Below, piece by piece: positions 31,679 to 42,084 of a DNA stretch of 64,000 bases. The notes under the pieces were generated by a model. It searched no databases. It had not been told where the DNA came from and saw nothing but the letters and a program-made list of their open reading frames with translations. The DNA is from Shigella phage ESh20. The stretch lies in sequence record ON528730. One strand, given 5' to 3'. The position numbers and the translations under genes are program-made. Position 1 is the first letter of the stretch; every line of letters starts with the position of its first letter.

Positions 31679-33915
31679 TATTCATCCTCTGGGTAGCTAG
31701 AGTTTAACAGAATATCTTCCTGACTCTTATCAGTGATATCCACCATCTTAGTAGCAATCTGCTTACCATCCAGATTAAAGGAAACGTTAAGCGTCTGCTT
31801 AGTTTGCAATGGTAGTCCAGAAGGAGTCATCATCATAGGTGTCTGGTTAAACTTGTTTGCAAAGTTATTTAGAGACTCAGACAGGTTGTTCATGATAATA
31901 TCCCAATTTGACAAACCATTATCAACTCTCTGAATATTTCCAGAAGTGTCTGTGGTATATTGTGCAAACTGAAGTTGTCCATTCTGGTCAAAGAACATTG
32001 GACGTTTTGGATTAGTGATTCCTGAGATAGCTTCATTGAAAGGATTAGGTGTGTTAACCTCGTTAAATCTCTTTCCAGCATTCTTGTCAACTGAACCAGA
32101 TAACATTAATGCAGAACCACCTACACCAAGAGCCATTCTGGTTGCTGATACACCAGCCGTTGTAGCTGCTGTTTCTGCTGCTGTAGTTAATCCAAACTTC
32201 TGTGCAATCTTAGCTAAGATACCTTCTTCAAAGATACTCTTGACAAATGCTACAGTACCACCAAAGATTTTAGCGACTTTTGTAATAGCTGCAATTGAGA
32301 CACCAATAGCGGTGAACGTAGCAACTAACTCAGCAGAATCCTTGATTAGTTTCTGTTGACTAGCATCTAATTCCTTGAAATAGCCCATTGAGGTATAGTA
32401 CAATGAAGAAATGCGGTACATGATATCTGTCACGAAGTCTAGAAGGTTACTAGCACCTTTTAAAAGGTAACCAATACCTGTACCAAGTGCTTCAGATGTA
32501 CCAAGGGAACCTTGCAAGAACATTGCAACTGAGTTAGAGAGTTGTGAAATACCTTCGCTAGAGTTGTTAAACAAAGCTACAAGGGTGTTATCCCACATTG
32601 CCTTTGCTTGACCCATAGAGGTAGCTGTCTGCTTAGAAACTGCATTCATACCACCTGCTGCTTCAACAAGCTCTCTCATTTTTTCTGAGACTTTTGGTAG
32701 AACGTCTTTTGCAAGAAGCTGACCATCTTTCATCATCTTGTCAAGTTCTTGTGGAGTTTTACCAATAGCATCAGAGAATAACTGAACAGCACCTGCCAAA
32801 CGGTCACCTAACTGTCCACGAAGTTCTTCAGCCTGAATCTTACCTTTAGATGCCATTTGCTGGAAAGCAACCATGATACCTTTCAAGTCTTCATCAGAAG
32901 CACCACGGATACGTGAGAACATAGCAGCATTCTTATAGAACTCTTGAGTCCCTTTAAAACCTAACTCTGGTTGAGCACCAGCAGCGAAGTTTGAGTACTG
33001 CTTCATAGTGTCTGTGTAGTTCTGACCAATCTGGTGAGAGAACGTAGCAGCGAACATTCTAGCTTGCTGTGTATCCCCTCCAAAGATAGCTGTTGAGGCT
33101 AACTGTGCAGACTGTCTCTTTACACCTGCATCAATAGTCTTCTGAGCTAATTCCAACATAGCATACGCTGAAACAAAACCACCTACAAGCTGTCTTAGTG
33201 AAGAGTTTGCTCTGTCTTGTAACCAAGCTGACTCTCTGACTGCCTTAAGTCTAGCATTTTCTGCAATAACCCAACGTTTGGTAGTGTCAATGAGTTTCTT
33301 AACTTCCATTTCATACTCACCGACTTTACCACTACCTTTGTACTTATTATAGATTCCTTGTAAGCTTCCTCTGAAGGAAGTAGCCATTTGGTTACCTTGT
33401 CCACCAATTGTTTCAAGACGACGAGTCAAACCAGAATAGAAGTTGTTATTAAACATTCTTTCCATTTGTCTTTGAGCAATATCAGGTCTAACTCTAGGTG
33501 AACCACCACCCCCAACCGGAGGGATAGTGTTACCACGGCCTCTACCAACTCCACCACGAACATTGACTTTACCTTCAACATTCATAGCTTGTCTTAGAGC
33601 CTTATTAATTTCTTTGGCTGTTTTCTTACCCTGTGTTTCTAATCTACGAAGTGATTTTACACCTTGTGAATCTAAATTCATAGCATTGTTTAGGGATTTA
33701 TTGATTCTGCCTGAAGCAGTCTGAGCGTTTTTTACAAGTCTGTTTAGAGCGTCTTGTGAACTTCTATTAGGCTTCACATCAAAGGCTTTATTGATATTGC
33801 GTTCGATACGTTGAGCAGACTGCATAGCCATTTTCTCAACTCTTTGCAAACCCTTAACAACCTTTTCACTGAATCCAAGTTCAACAATAAAACTATCAAC
33901 TGTATATTGTGCCAT
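31678..33915 (-). CDS. Tail tape measure protein
   Basis: 745 aa, Ala/Gly/Gln-rich with predicted helical N-terminus; follows two small chaperone-like ORFs. Confidence 0.7.
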
Positions 33916-34142
33916 TAAATTTTACCTGCTTTTCTGAGTTCGTTGTAAGCCATTTCTTCTTTATATGACTTCTGGATTTCTAAATACTGACGTAGAGATA
34001 ATAAATCAACGAAGGTCATATCAAAAAGTTGGTTGAGTGTTTCTTTACACCCATCCATACCATAAATAGCAAGCACAAATTTCATCTCATCTGCTTCATC
34101 ATAAGTTGCCTTTACAGCCCCGTCAGTCAGCGGGGTCTGCAT
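33915..34142 (-). CDS. Putative tail assembly chaperone (distal ORF)
   Basis: 75 aa directly upstream of tape measure gene. Confidence 0.35.
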   Translation of the reverse strand: MQTPLTDGAVKATYDEADEMKFVLAIYGMDGCKETLNQLFDMTFVDLLSLRQYLEIQKSYKEEMAYNELRKAGKI

Positions 34143-34150
34143 AGAATAAC

Positions 34151-34552
34151 TTAAGCTTCCTGCTGAGAAGTTAGGCTTTTGAAAATGCTTGCCTCGAAAA
34201 AACTTCCGAAGTTTGCCTCCAAAGCAAATGCTAAGAAGTCAATAAATTCACCGTAGTTCGCTTGGAAGTAACTATCAATTTTCAGTGGGAAGTCGTTAAC
34301 TGTTGCCCCCTGAAATAGTGTCTCTGCCATTGCATCAATATCTAGTTCGTCAACCTTTTCAAAGCAAGCTTCAACGAGTTCTTTAAATGGGATTTTAGCT
34401 TCCCCATCTTTAGAGGTTAAACCAGAGAACATCTGTGCAAATGCTGGTACAACTGCTTTACCAAGTTTCATAGAGATACGGATACCATCTCTTGCTCCAA
34501 GAAGAATAATAGTTACCTTCTTGCCGTTAATCATTTTAGTTTCAGTCTTCAT
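34151..34552 (-). CDS. Putative tail assembly chaperone
   Basis: 133 aa between tube and tape measure genes. Confidence 0.4.
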   Translation of the reverse strand: MKTETKMINGKKVTIILLGARDGIRISMKLGKAVVPAFAQMFSGLTSKDGEAKIPFKELVEACFEKVDELDIDAMAETLFQGATVNDFPLKIDSYFQANYGEFIDFLAFALEANFGSFFEASIFKSLTSQQEA

Positions 34553-34577
34553 TGTGATTCCTTAAAAGTTATGCTAT

Positions 34578-34614
34578 AAAAACACAAAAGGGGAAGACCT
34601 TTTACAGTCTCCCC
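34578..34614 (-). terminator. Hairpin with T-run (minus strand) after putative tube gene
   Basis: Minus strand GGGGGAGAC-tgtaaaa-GGTCTTCCCC followed by TTTTGTGTTTTT. Confidence 0.4.
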
Positions 34615-34628
34615 CTTATTAGGATTTG

Positions 34629-35075
34629 TTAAACGCTTGACGCAGGGATTGTTGAAGTGTAGTCTAACTTCTCACAACCGAAAATCCAAGTTTTCGAGTT
34701 CTGGTCACGACCTAATTCAATCTGTGGAAGCTCTTGCAACCAAGCATTAATACCTGTTGCCAGAACTGAACCAGATGGGTCGTAAATTACAAAGTTAGAT
34801 GAGATATCTTCTTCAAGTTCCATGTCATCTTGTTTAGCTTGAATTGCAGAAAGCATCTGGTTTGATAGAGAAGTCTGCATTAGCTCAATCTCAATCGTAC
34901 CTGTCTTGTCTGCATTTCTTGTCAGAGCTACTTGACCACCTGCACCTACAACTGGCGTAACAAGTGGAGAAGTTCTCTGAAGACGCAAGAATGAGTCTGG
35001 TGCAAAACCTTCAATGGCAATGCCATTCCAGCTACAAACTACATCTTTAGGGGAATATTGCTGATACATAGCCAT
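34629..35075 (-). CDS. Putative tail tube protein
   Basis: 148 aa downstream of sheath-sized gene; synteny. Confidence 0.4.
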   Translation of the reverse strand: MAMYQQYSPKDVVCSWNGIAIEGFAPDSFLRLQRTSPLVTPVVGAGGQVALTRNADKTGTIEIELMQTSLSNQMLSAIQAKQDDMELEEDISSNFVIYDPSGSVLATGINAWLQELPQIELGRDQNSKTWIFGCEKLDYTSTIPASSV

Positions 35076-35089
35076 TCCTAATTACTCCT

Positions 35090-36442
35090 TTATTCGTAAG
35101 CCACTGTGCCTTTCAAGTCAACATCCAAGATAGCCCCTGCAAGAATACCGTGGAAGGTAACGTCTTTCAGGATACGTGCTTTCTTATCTGCCAATGCAAC
35201 TTGTGAGGCTTTAGGAACAGTAACGGTGTAAGTTGACAAAAAGTTTCTGTTAACTGCTCGCTGAAGAGATGTTTCAATGACCTGACGAATACGGGTAATA
35301 CCAGTATCATCATAAGTAATCTTACCACCCTTCTGATTAATTAGCAAGTCTCTCAGAGATGTTTTCAAATCAGATTCAAGCCAATCAACACCACGTACAA
35401 TATCAATCCATTCACCACCAGAAGTGATACCTCTGCGCACTACAGGAACCCCTCCATCAAGGTCAATGAAGTTACAGCTACGGGTATCCAAAGCTGACTT
35501 CTGAATGCTTGTCAGTGGTCTCTGGTTAGCAGGTTGTAGGGATGCTGCAACACCAGTTAACTGAGCGTTACCCCAAGCAATTGAACCTGCATCGTATGGA
35601 GCACCATATGCAATGTAAGCCATTTCTGGGTAGTCAAACTCGGCTGTGTGATGCCACAAGCAAACTGTACGAGTGTACTTGCTCTTAGCTAACTGTGCCG
35701 GAACATCTGTTGCAGAGGTCAAATCAGTGCCTTGCAGAGCCTTAACGTCAGCATTAGCTGTGAAGAAAATCTTCTTACGAGCCTGAATCTCTGAAGCCAT
35801 TGCTAAGACAAACTGTTGAGTTCTGTCTTCTGCTGAGATGAAGTACCAATCTGTTGAATATGTCTCAATGGATGCCAGAGCAGCGGAAGCCGTGTCAGCA
35901 GTTGTTGCTGCAATAGACGTTGTAGGTGTAATAGATGTTACTTTTACGAAGTCATTATCACCAGCTTTAGTAATAATCATCGTCGCAGAAGCACCAGTAC
36001 CTGTTACACTAGCATTAACACCATCTTTAATTGTTGGGCTTGCTTCAATCTGTGATTTAAACTCATTCAAGACAATAAGTGCTGTGTCGTTTTCTTTTGC
36101 AGTGTATTGGAATGGCTGAGAAACACCACCACCGATAGCAACTGTCAATGAATATTCACTTCCTTCAGCCACTGTGTCAGGAATAGAAACAGTATATTGC
36201 ATAGTTCTTCTACCAATATACAGTTGAGTTACTTTTGGAGTTTGGCTCCATAGCTGTTTTGCAGCTTTATACGCAGCAGTACTTTCATCAAAGTCTTCAG
36301 CTACTTCTGTTAATGAAGTATAACCACGGATTCTTTCTTCAAAGTTATCTGTTGAAGCAAGGAATAATGGTAAACCAAAACCTTCTCTTGTAGTTCCTGC
36401 TGTGTTCAATGTAATATCTACATTAACAATTGGATTCCACAT
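35090..36442 (-). CDS. Putative tail sheath protein
   Basis: 450 aa preceding tube-sized gene and gp25/J-type baseplate; synteny only. Confidence 0.4.
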   Translation of the reverse strand: MWNPIVNVDITLNTAGTTREGFGLPLFLASTDNFEERIRGYTSLTEVAEDFDESTAAYKAAKQLWSQTPKVTQLYIGRRTMQYTVSIPDTVAEGSEYSLTVAIGGGVSQPFQYTAKENDTALIVLNEFKSQIEASPTIKDGVNASVTGTGASATMIITKAGDNDFVKVTSITPTTSIAATTADTASAALASIETYSTDWYFISAEDRTQQFVLAMASEIQARKKIFFTANADVKALQGTDLTSATDVPAQLAKSKYTRTVCLWHHTAEFDYPEMAYIAYGAPYDAGSIAWGNAQLTGVAASLQPANQRPLTSIQKSALDTRSCNFIDLDGGVPVVRRGITSGGEWIDIVRGVDWLESDLKTSLRDLLINQKGGKITYDDTGITRIRQVIETSLQRAVNRNFLSTYTVTVPKASQVALADKKARILKDVTFHGILAGAILDVDLKGTVAYE

Positions 36443-37042
36443 TTATTTTACCCCTTTGGAGTCTACATCTAGATGGATAGTATATTCTGGTGGCTCCTGT
36501 CCTTCCTCATAAACCAATTCACCATCCACAATGACACGTTCAATAATACTTCCACGTTCATCTTTTAATACTGAATTTTTTACAAGGGTTACAACAAGAG
36601 GTGCAGAATTTTCAAAATCTGTGTTGAGATAAGTATAATCATTCGGGATAGTCCCTGTATCAAGTACTGAAGCACCTGTCATGTCAGCTAGATAATCTCT
36701 TGTAGTACTCATCTCTAATCTTTGTTTTAGCTCAAGCATAATACTGTGAGCACCTTTACCATTTACAGTAATCAGTACAGGAATCTGGAAAGCAATTCTA
36801 TAACAAACTACATCATCTTCCACGAACTTATCAAGAACCCAACCATAAGGTGTGGTAGCATCTTGACAGTATACTGTAATAAAAGGTTGGTCTGGTTTCA
36901 GACCTTTATCATTGGAATTATCTGAAGGGTAAGCCCTAATAACGTTTGGTCTGTTATTCTTGTCTCTCGCTAAACGGTGACCAATAACATCAACCAAAAC
37001 TCGGACAATACCTTTCTCAAGTTCTGCTGTTTCTAACTGCAT
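36443..37042 (-). CDS. Hypothetical head-tail joining/tail completion protein
   Basis: ORF track; position between capsid and tail genes. Confidence 0.35.
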   Translation of the reverse strand: MQLETAELEKGIVRVLVDVIGHRLARDKNNRPNVIRAYPSDNSNDKGLKPDQPFITVYCQDATTPYGWVLDKFVEDDVVCYRIAFQIPVLITVNGKGAHSIMLELKQRLEMSTTRDYLADMTGASVLDTGTIPNDYTYLNTDFENSAPLVVTLVKNSVLKDERGSIIERVIVDGELVYEEGQEPPEYTIHLDVDSKGVK

Positions 37043-37418
37043 TCATCTTATCCCTTCTAATAATGATATACTCATAATGGGATGTGTGAGCTAATTGTTC
37101 AGACCAATCCATTGTCATAAAGACTTCGTATTCGTGTCCCTTAATCATGACAATATCAGCTTCAGTCCAATCAACATCATCAGACGTTCTTAACTCAGCT
37201 ACAGTGAAAAGGATTCTTGTATCTGTCAGTCTGATACCTTCAGGTAAAACAATCTGTGTACCATTCTTTACAGAACCCTTAATATAAGGTTGAATATTAC
37301 CTTTACAGTTAATTGATACAATATCCTGTGAAGCTACCCAATCACCATCTTCATTGTAATGACCATCTTCAGATACCTTTCTTTTAACTACAAAGCTGTG
37401 TCTATTTAAGAGTCTCAT
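37017..37418 (-). CDS. Hypothetical head-tail joining protein
   Basis: ORF track; synteny. Confidence 0.35.
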   Translation of the reverse strand: MRLLNRHSFVVKRKVSEDGHYNEDGDWVASQDIVSINCKGNIQPYIKGSVKNGTQIVLPEGIRLTDTRILFTVAELRTSDDVDWTEADIVMIKGHEYEVFMTMDWSEQLAHTSHYEYIIIRRDKMNAVRNSRT

Positions 37419-37897
37419 TTTTTAATACCTTTCTTAGTAGAGATTTTATAAGCAAGGTTATCTCGTAAATCTCCAGTTTCTACAAGAGGGGCATTGAAGC
37501 CTTTCTTTTTAACTGTAGATGGAGCGTTAGGAGGCAATATAGCCGTATTACCAAAACCTCTTTTAATTGCTTTCTGAGCACTCTTTGCAAATGCTTCTAA
37601 AGTATCTGAGGGGTCAGTATTAAGACTGTTTAATTGCTTATAGAGATTCTTCTTAGTCTGCTCTAACAAGGTCTGTCTGTGTAACATCATAGTAATTTCA
37701 AACAACCTACGATATACTTTACCTGAAGCTGCTGGTACACCAATAACTTCATGCAAGTACATTAAAGCAGAGTAAGAAAAACCAGAGCTATGTTGACCTT
37801 GTTCCTGAAAATACCCAACTTGAGCATTAGCCGTATGCAAGTTCTTCATAGCCCCGACTAATTTAGCTCTAGCGGGGTGAATAACCCTTTTAACCAT
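37415..37897 (-). CDS. Hypothetical head-tail joining protein
   Basis: ORF track; synteny. Confidence 0.35.
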   Translation of the reverse strand: MVKRVIHPARAKLVGAMKNLHTANAQVGYFQEQGQHSSGFSYSALMYLHEVIGVPAASGKVYRRLFEITMMLHRQTLLEQTKKNLYKQLNSLNTDPSDTLEAFAKSAQKAIKRGFGNTAILPPNAPSTVKKKGFNAPLVETGDLRDNLAYKISTKKGIKK

Positions 37898-38346
37898 TAT
37901 TCATCTCGCTCGATAATAAATACACCATTGACACGTTCACAGTAATCTCTACCGTAGTATCTAACAGCATCGCCATATTCAGTATATTTCTTGACAGAGC
38001 AAGGATTTTGACGACGCATGTCAATATCACACTGGTTAATACCACCCGCATAAGGGAGGCCACTAACAGAGCTTTTAACTAGGTCGTCATAGACAGCTTT
38101 CAGAGATTTGAATCTGGAAGAGTTTCGTAAATAAACACCACCAACTTTCTCATCTCCCATCTTGGCTACTTGAAAGAGTAAATATTTAAGAGCTTTGATG
38201 GCTGCTTTCTTTTCATCCTTTCCAGATTCTTGGTAGAACCACTCTAGCACCGATTGGTCAATGAGGATTTCATTGTTGTCAGTATCGGTGCAGAGGATTC
38301 GAACTCTATCAAGAGGGTTATTAGCGGGGTCGCCTGTATAACACAT
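37897..38346 (-). CDS. Hypothetical head-tail connector protein
   Basis: ORF track; synteny. Confidence 0.35.
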   Translation of the reverse strand: MCYTGDPANNPLDRVRILCTDTDNNEILIDQSVLEWFYQESGKDEKKAAIKALKYLLFQVAKMGDEKVGGVYLRNSSRFKSLKAVYDDLVKSSVSGLPYAGGINQCDIDMRRQNPCSVKKYTEYGDAVRYYGRDYCERVNGVFIIERDE

Positions 38347-38368
38347 TTATAACCCTCCTTTCAAGTTA

Positions 38369-39472
38369 TTACTCAGCGTCTGAACGAACGTCAACAAGCA
38401 GTTGAGGACGTGTGCAGTATGGCAGCATGTAAGAGTGGGCTTCGAAGTCAATACCTTCGTCACGGTCTTTCTCATATTCGAACACATACAGTTCCTGACC
38501 CAGAGTGTTTGCATAACCCATCTTAGGACATGGAGCGTAAGCAACTTCGAAGATGTTGTTAGCTTCACCTAACATTGCTACGTTAGGGAATGCGTGACCT
38601 ACACCAACATTAGTATCAGATACACCGTCAATGCTAACCAGAGTATGAGTCTTACCACGCTTATCTTTGAACTTACCGTTGTACTGTACGAATACAACAC
38701 CACCGTAGTAGAAGCGGTTCATGTGAGCCTGAACACCATCAGTACCACCAGTTCTCAGAGAACCAGTAATCTGTTGCCAAGCCAGCGGAGTCTGTTGTGC
38801 AAGGTATGCGTCACGAATCTTAGGATGCTTGATAAGCTTGCTGAAGAAAGTTCTGTCAACAACGATGTGAATTTCTTCACCGTTGATTACAGTACCCGTC
38901 TTAGCTTCATCTTCCATGTGCATACGCAGGTCTTCGATGTGTGCATCGATATCAGAGTTCGGGTTGTCCAAGTCGAAGTAGATAGTCTTCTTAGTTACAT
39001 CAAACTGCTTGTACAGGTCTGCGTACAGAACACCGTTAGCGTCGATAACTTTACCCTTCAGAGCTTGCATAAACAAGAACTCACGAGTAATATCAAACTT
39101 GGTACGAATCTTCATCAGCTTCTTAGCACGTACAACTGCTTCAGTAGTCAGTTCATTTGCAGTGCCTGGCTGACGAACACCCTGAATCTCATCAGGAGTG
39201 ATGCTTTCAACTTCCTTGAAGTACATCATCGGGAAGCTAATCTGACGAACACGCTCAGGAGCGCTAGTCTCAGCTTTACGGCTGGTACGGTCTACCGCAT
39301 CCAGTAAGCTGATATCCCAATCAGTCAAGTCCATCAGGAAAGTAGTCTGTGTTTGTGGAGCAGAACGGAACAGTCCCAGACCAGAGATATATCCGTAAGT
39401 ATTTGGAATAGACTGGACTTCACCAGTTAAGTCAGCAAGGAAAAATCTGCTTTTTTCAGAATTAGTCAACAT
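38369..39472 (-). CDS. Major capsid protein (lambda gpE-like arrangement)
   Basis: 367 aa following decoration-like and protease/scaffold genes. Confidence 0.6.
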   Translation of the reverse strand: MLTNSEKSRFFLADLTGEVQSIPNTYGYISGLGLFRSAPQTQTTFLMDLTDWDISLLDAVDRTSRKAETSAPERVRQISFPMMYFKEVESITPDEIQGVRQPGTANELTTEAVVRAKKLMKIRTKFDITREFLFMQALKGKVIDANGVLYADLYKQFDVTKKTIYFDLDNPNSDIDAHIEDLRMHMEDEAKTGTVINGEEIHIVVDRTFFSKLIKHPKIRDAYLAQQTPLAWQQITGSLRTGGTDGVQAHMNRFYYGGVVFVQYNGKFKDKRGKTHTLVSIDGVSDTNVGVGHAFPNVAMLGEANNIFEVAYAPCPKMGYANTLGQELYVFEYEKDRDEGIDFEAHSYMLPYCTRPQLLVDVRSDAE

Positions 39473-39503
39473 TGTAAAATTCTCCAGAATGTCTTATTAT
39501 TAA

Positions 39504-39881
39504 TTACAGGCCAGTTGGGACGAAATCAATACCTTTCGCCTTAAGAGCAGACTTGACAGCAGCAGCATCAACACTATCTGCCAGAGTTAGCATGTCTTTC
39601 AGTTCAGCGTCACGGTAAATACCAACAACTTTTAACTGACCGTGGTAAGACAGTTGTAGGTCTGCGTAGAAGTTAACGATACATACAGAATCTGCCTGAG
39701 CTTCTTCACCTGCTGCGACTTTAGTACCATCAGCTTTCAGAACTTCACCTACACGATACTCAGTGCTGGCTACTGGAGCGTACTCTTTACGAGAGTGACC
39801 AGTTGGTGTAATCTGTTCCCAAAGGATGATATCGTTCAGAGGTTCTCTGTTACCTAATTTAGTAAAACCTTGATATGCCAT
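39504..39881 (-). CDS. Putative head decoration protein
   Basis: 125 aa between protease/scaffold and capsid genes (lambda D-like position). Confidence 0.45.
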   Translation of the reverse strand: MAYQGFTKLGNREPLNDIILWEQITPTGHSRKEYAPVASTEYRVGEVLKADGTKVAAGEEAQADSVCIVNFYADLQLSYHGQLKVVGIYRDAELKDMLTLADSVDAAAVKSALKAKGIDFVPTGL

Positions 39882-39893
39882 TATTTGTGTTCC

Positions 39894-41240
39894 TTATTTG
39901 ATAAGAGTTTTCAAAGCATTCTGGAGAGCCAGTTTGCGTTGGTCAGCGTTAGCATTAGCATTTGCTTCTGGAGCGGTGTCTTTACCGTCATCCACTTCTG
40001 CTTCGCCGTCATTGCCAAGTTCTTCCATAGCGTTTGAGTGTTCCAGAACAGCACCAGCAGCTTCTTTCAGCTTAGTGATTTCAGAATCCTTCTCAGACAT
40101 GGCAGAAGCATGGGACGCGATAGTTTCATTAAGTTTCTGGTTAGCACCTTCCATAGCATTCATAAACAGAACACTCAGAGGGTTGCCAAGACCAGCACCT
40201 AAAATAGCTGTTGCAGCTTCTTTTGCATCAAACCCAAAAGCTTCAGCAGATGCAGAAATCTTACCAGTTAAATCTGTAAGAACTGCTTCCTGTTCCTTAG
40301 CTTTCATTTGAGCAACCTGAAGACGCAGAGCTTCTAGTTCTTGCTTTTCTTGTTCAGTCATTTCTTCACCTGAATTGTTTGTGTTTAAACTTACAGGAGC
40401 TTCTTCAGAACCTTGTAAGTAATTTAAGAAATCATCTTGAGACATGATAGAGTTAATTAAACCAAGTTCAAGAGCTTCCTGAGCAGAATAAACATTCGCC
40501 TCAGTATTCTTTACAGCTTCTTCAGAGATATTACGAGCTTCAGCTACAAAACCTGTAAAGGTTGCGTAGGTATCATTAATTCTCTTTTGAAGTCTTTCTT
40601 TGCTTTCTTCTGAGAGTGCTTGGAATGGTGAACCCATACCTTTAAACTCACCAGCTTTGATGACGTTAATTGTTACGCCATTCTTTTCAAATGCCTTAGT
40701 TAATTCCTGATGAACCATGATTACACCAATTGAACCAACATCTGCATCTGGTGATGCAATAATTTCTTCAGCGGAAGATGCAAGAGCGTATGCAGCAGAG
40801 CAAGCAAACTCATCTACATAAGCAATAATTTTCTTTTGGCCTCTTGAAGCCATGATGTGACGTGCCAACTCAAAACAACCTGACGCTTCACCACCACCTG
40901 AATCAACGTGCAGCACGATAGTCTTAATAGACTCATCTGCTAGGGCTTCGTCAAAGCCTCTGCGTAAACCTTCATAAGAACTTAGCCCACCAGTACACAT
41001 TGCATCCATGAAGGTCATACGATGTGTTAGGCCGCCCATAATAGGGATGATAGCAATGTCTTCTTTAACTTTTAAAAGACTTCTTGCTTCACCTTTTGGC
41101 TTATCGAAGTTTACTGCTGCTTGTACCTCACCTAACAAGCGGTTATTAACATAAGTCGCTGCTGAGTGGGCTAATGATTCTGTAGCTAGTAAAGGTTGGT
41201 TGAATAATCTGTCAGCAAGTCTGAAGATATTCGAACTCAT
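39894..41240 (-). CDS. Prohead protease (S49/ClpP-like) fused to scaffold-like helical C-terminal domain
   Basis: Motifs IVLHVDSGGGEASG and AYVDEFACSAAYALASSAEEIIASP resemble S49 peptidases; Ala/Glu-rich helical C-terminus. Confidence 0.6.
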   Translation of the reverse strand: MSSNIFRLADRLFNQPLLATESLAHSAATYVNNRLLGEVQAAVNFDKPKGEARSLLKVKEDIAIIPIMGGLTHRMTFMDAMCTGGLSSYEGLRRGFDEALADESIKTIVLHVDSGGGEASGCFELARHIMASRGQKKIIAYVDEFACSAAYALASSAEEIIASPDADVGSIGVIMVHQELTKAFEKNGVTINVIKAGEFKGMGSPFQALSEESKERLQKRINDTYATFTGFVAEARNISEEAVKNTEANVYSAQEALELGLINSIMSQDDFLNYLQGSEEAPVSLNTNNSGEEMTEQEKQELEALRLQVAQMKAKEQEAVLTDLTGKISASAEAFGFDAKEAATAILGAGLGNPLSVLFMNAMEGANQKLNETIASHASAMSEKDSEITKLKEAAGAVLEHSNAMEELGNDGEAEVDDGKDTAPEANANANADQRKLALQNALKTLIK

Positions 41241-41251
41241 TTTTACTCACC

Positions 41252-41584
41252 CTATTTATTTAAGTCAATGGATACTGAAGATATAACATAAATTCCTTCT
41301 TCAGCAAAGAACTGAGGGCTACTTAGAGCACCTGTTGCCACGCACTTAGAGTTGTCATCCCATAAGCTAAAATGAGAAACTGTAGCAGAAGCCGGAACAG
41401 TAATATTAACTGTGTCTTCTGAGGCAATTAATCCATTATTAGGTTCTGAGAAGAAGATAGCCACTGGCTGAGTAACCTTGTTTGCTGTAGGGTCTGCCGT
41501 TGGGTCTACATTGTGTAATACAATAGTTGTTGGGGTTAGTGTGGCTAGGATTTTATTCTTACCATCAATCGTTAATGTTCCCAT
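41252..41584 (-). CDS. Hypothetical head protein (110 aa)
   Basis: ORF track. Confidence 0.4.
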   Translation of the reverse strand: MGTLTIDGKNKILATLTPTTIVLHNVDPTADPTANKVTQPVAIFFSEPNNGLIASEDTVNITVPASATVSHFSLWDDNSKCVATGALSSPQFFAEEGIYVISSVSIDLNK

Positions 41585-42084
41585 TAATTAAACCTTACTT
41601 TTTGTTTAAGGATTGTTGAATGGTTACCAGATTCATCTACCACATTTACAATCATATCATAAACTTTACCTTTGACAAGTACTTTGTAATCATTTTGTGA
41701 AAAAATGTACTCAAGTCTGTTAGACTCTTTATTTACTGTCATTGGAGATTGAAATGCTGTATCAATGGTAATGAATGCAGCTTCAACACTATTAACGTTA
41801 ACACGTTTATTCTCACAGTTATATAACTTTACACCCAAAAGGCATGAACTGTCAAATGGAATTTTAACAATTTCGTTACAATTGTTTGAAATAAACTGTT
41901 TTCCGTTCATTGGAGCATCAAGTAACCTGCAAATAGTGAAAACGTCAGAGGTTCCACCATCACTAACATACCCTGAAAGGCTGACCCTTGAGCCAGCCTC
42001 TACAGTTAATTCATCAGTGATAATTAAGACACCCCTATAAGAATGCACTCGCGTAGCATTGGAAATAGAGATAACTTCTGCCAT
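41584..42084 (-). CDS. Hypothetical head protein (166 aa)
   Basis: ORF track. Confidence 0.4.
   Translation of the reverse strand: MAEVISISNATRVHSYRGVLIITDELTVEAGSRVSLSGYVSDGGTSDVFTICRLLDAPMNGKQFISNNCNEIVKIPFDSSCLLGVKLYNCENKRVNVNSVEAAFITIDTAFQSPMTVNKESNRLEYIFSQNDYKVLVKGKVYDMIVNVVDESGNHSTILKQKVRFN

Noticed and set aside
31733-32359. Plus-strand ORFs (66 and 114 aa) inside the tape measure gene
   Set aside because: Antisense to a long, well-supported gene; the Ala/Pro-rich products reflect the reverse complement of tape-measure codons.
35090-36442. Alternative reading as a siphovirus major tail protein (non-contractile tail)
   Set aside because: The downstream gp25/W-like wedge gene and the adjacent putative J-like and spike-sized ORFs, plus a separate tube-sized gene, fit a contractile-tail module better; this remains an inference from synteny.
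38594-39307. 237-aa plus-strand ORF
   Set aside because: Lies entirely antisense to the major capsid gene in a uniformly minus-strand structural operon, with no RBS and a low-complexity product.
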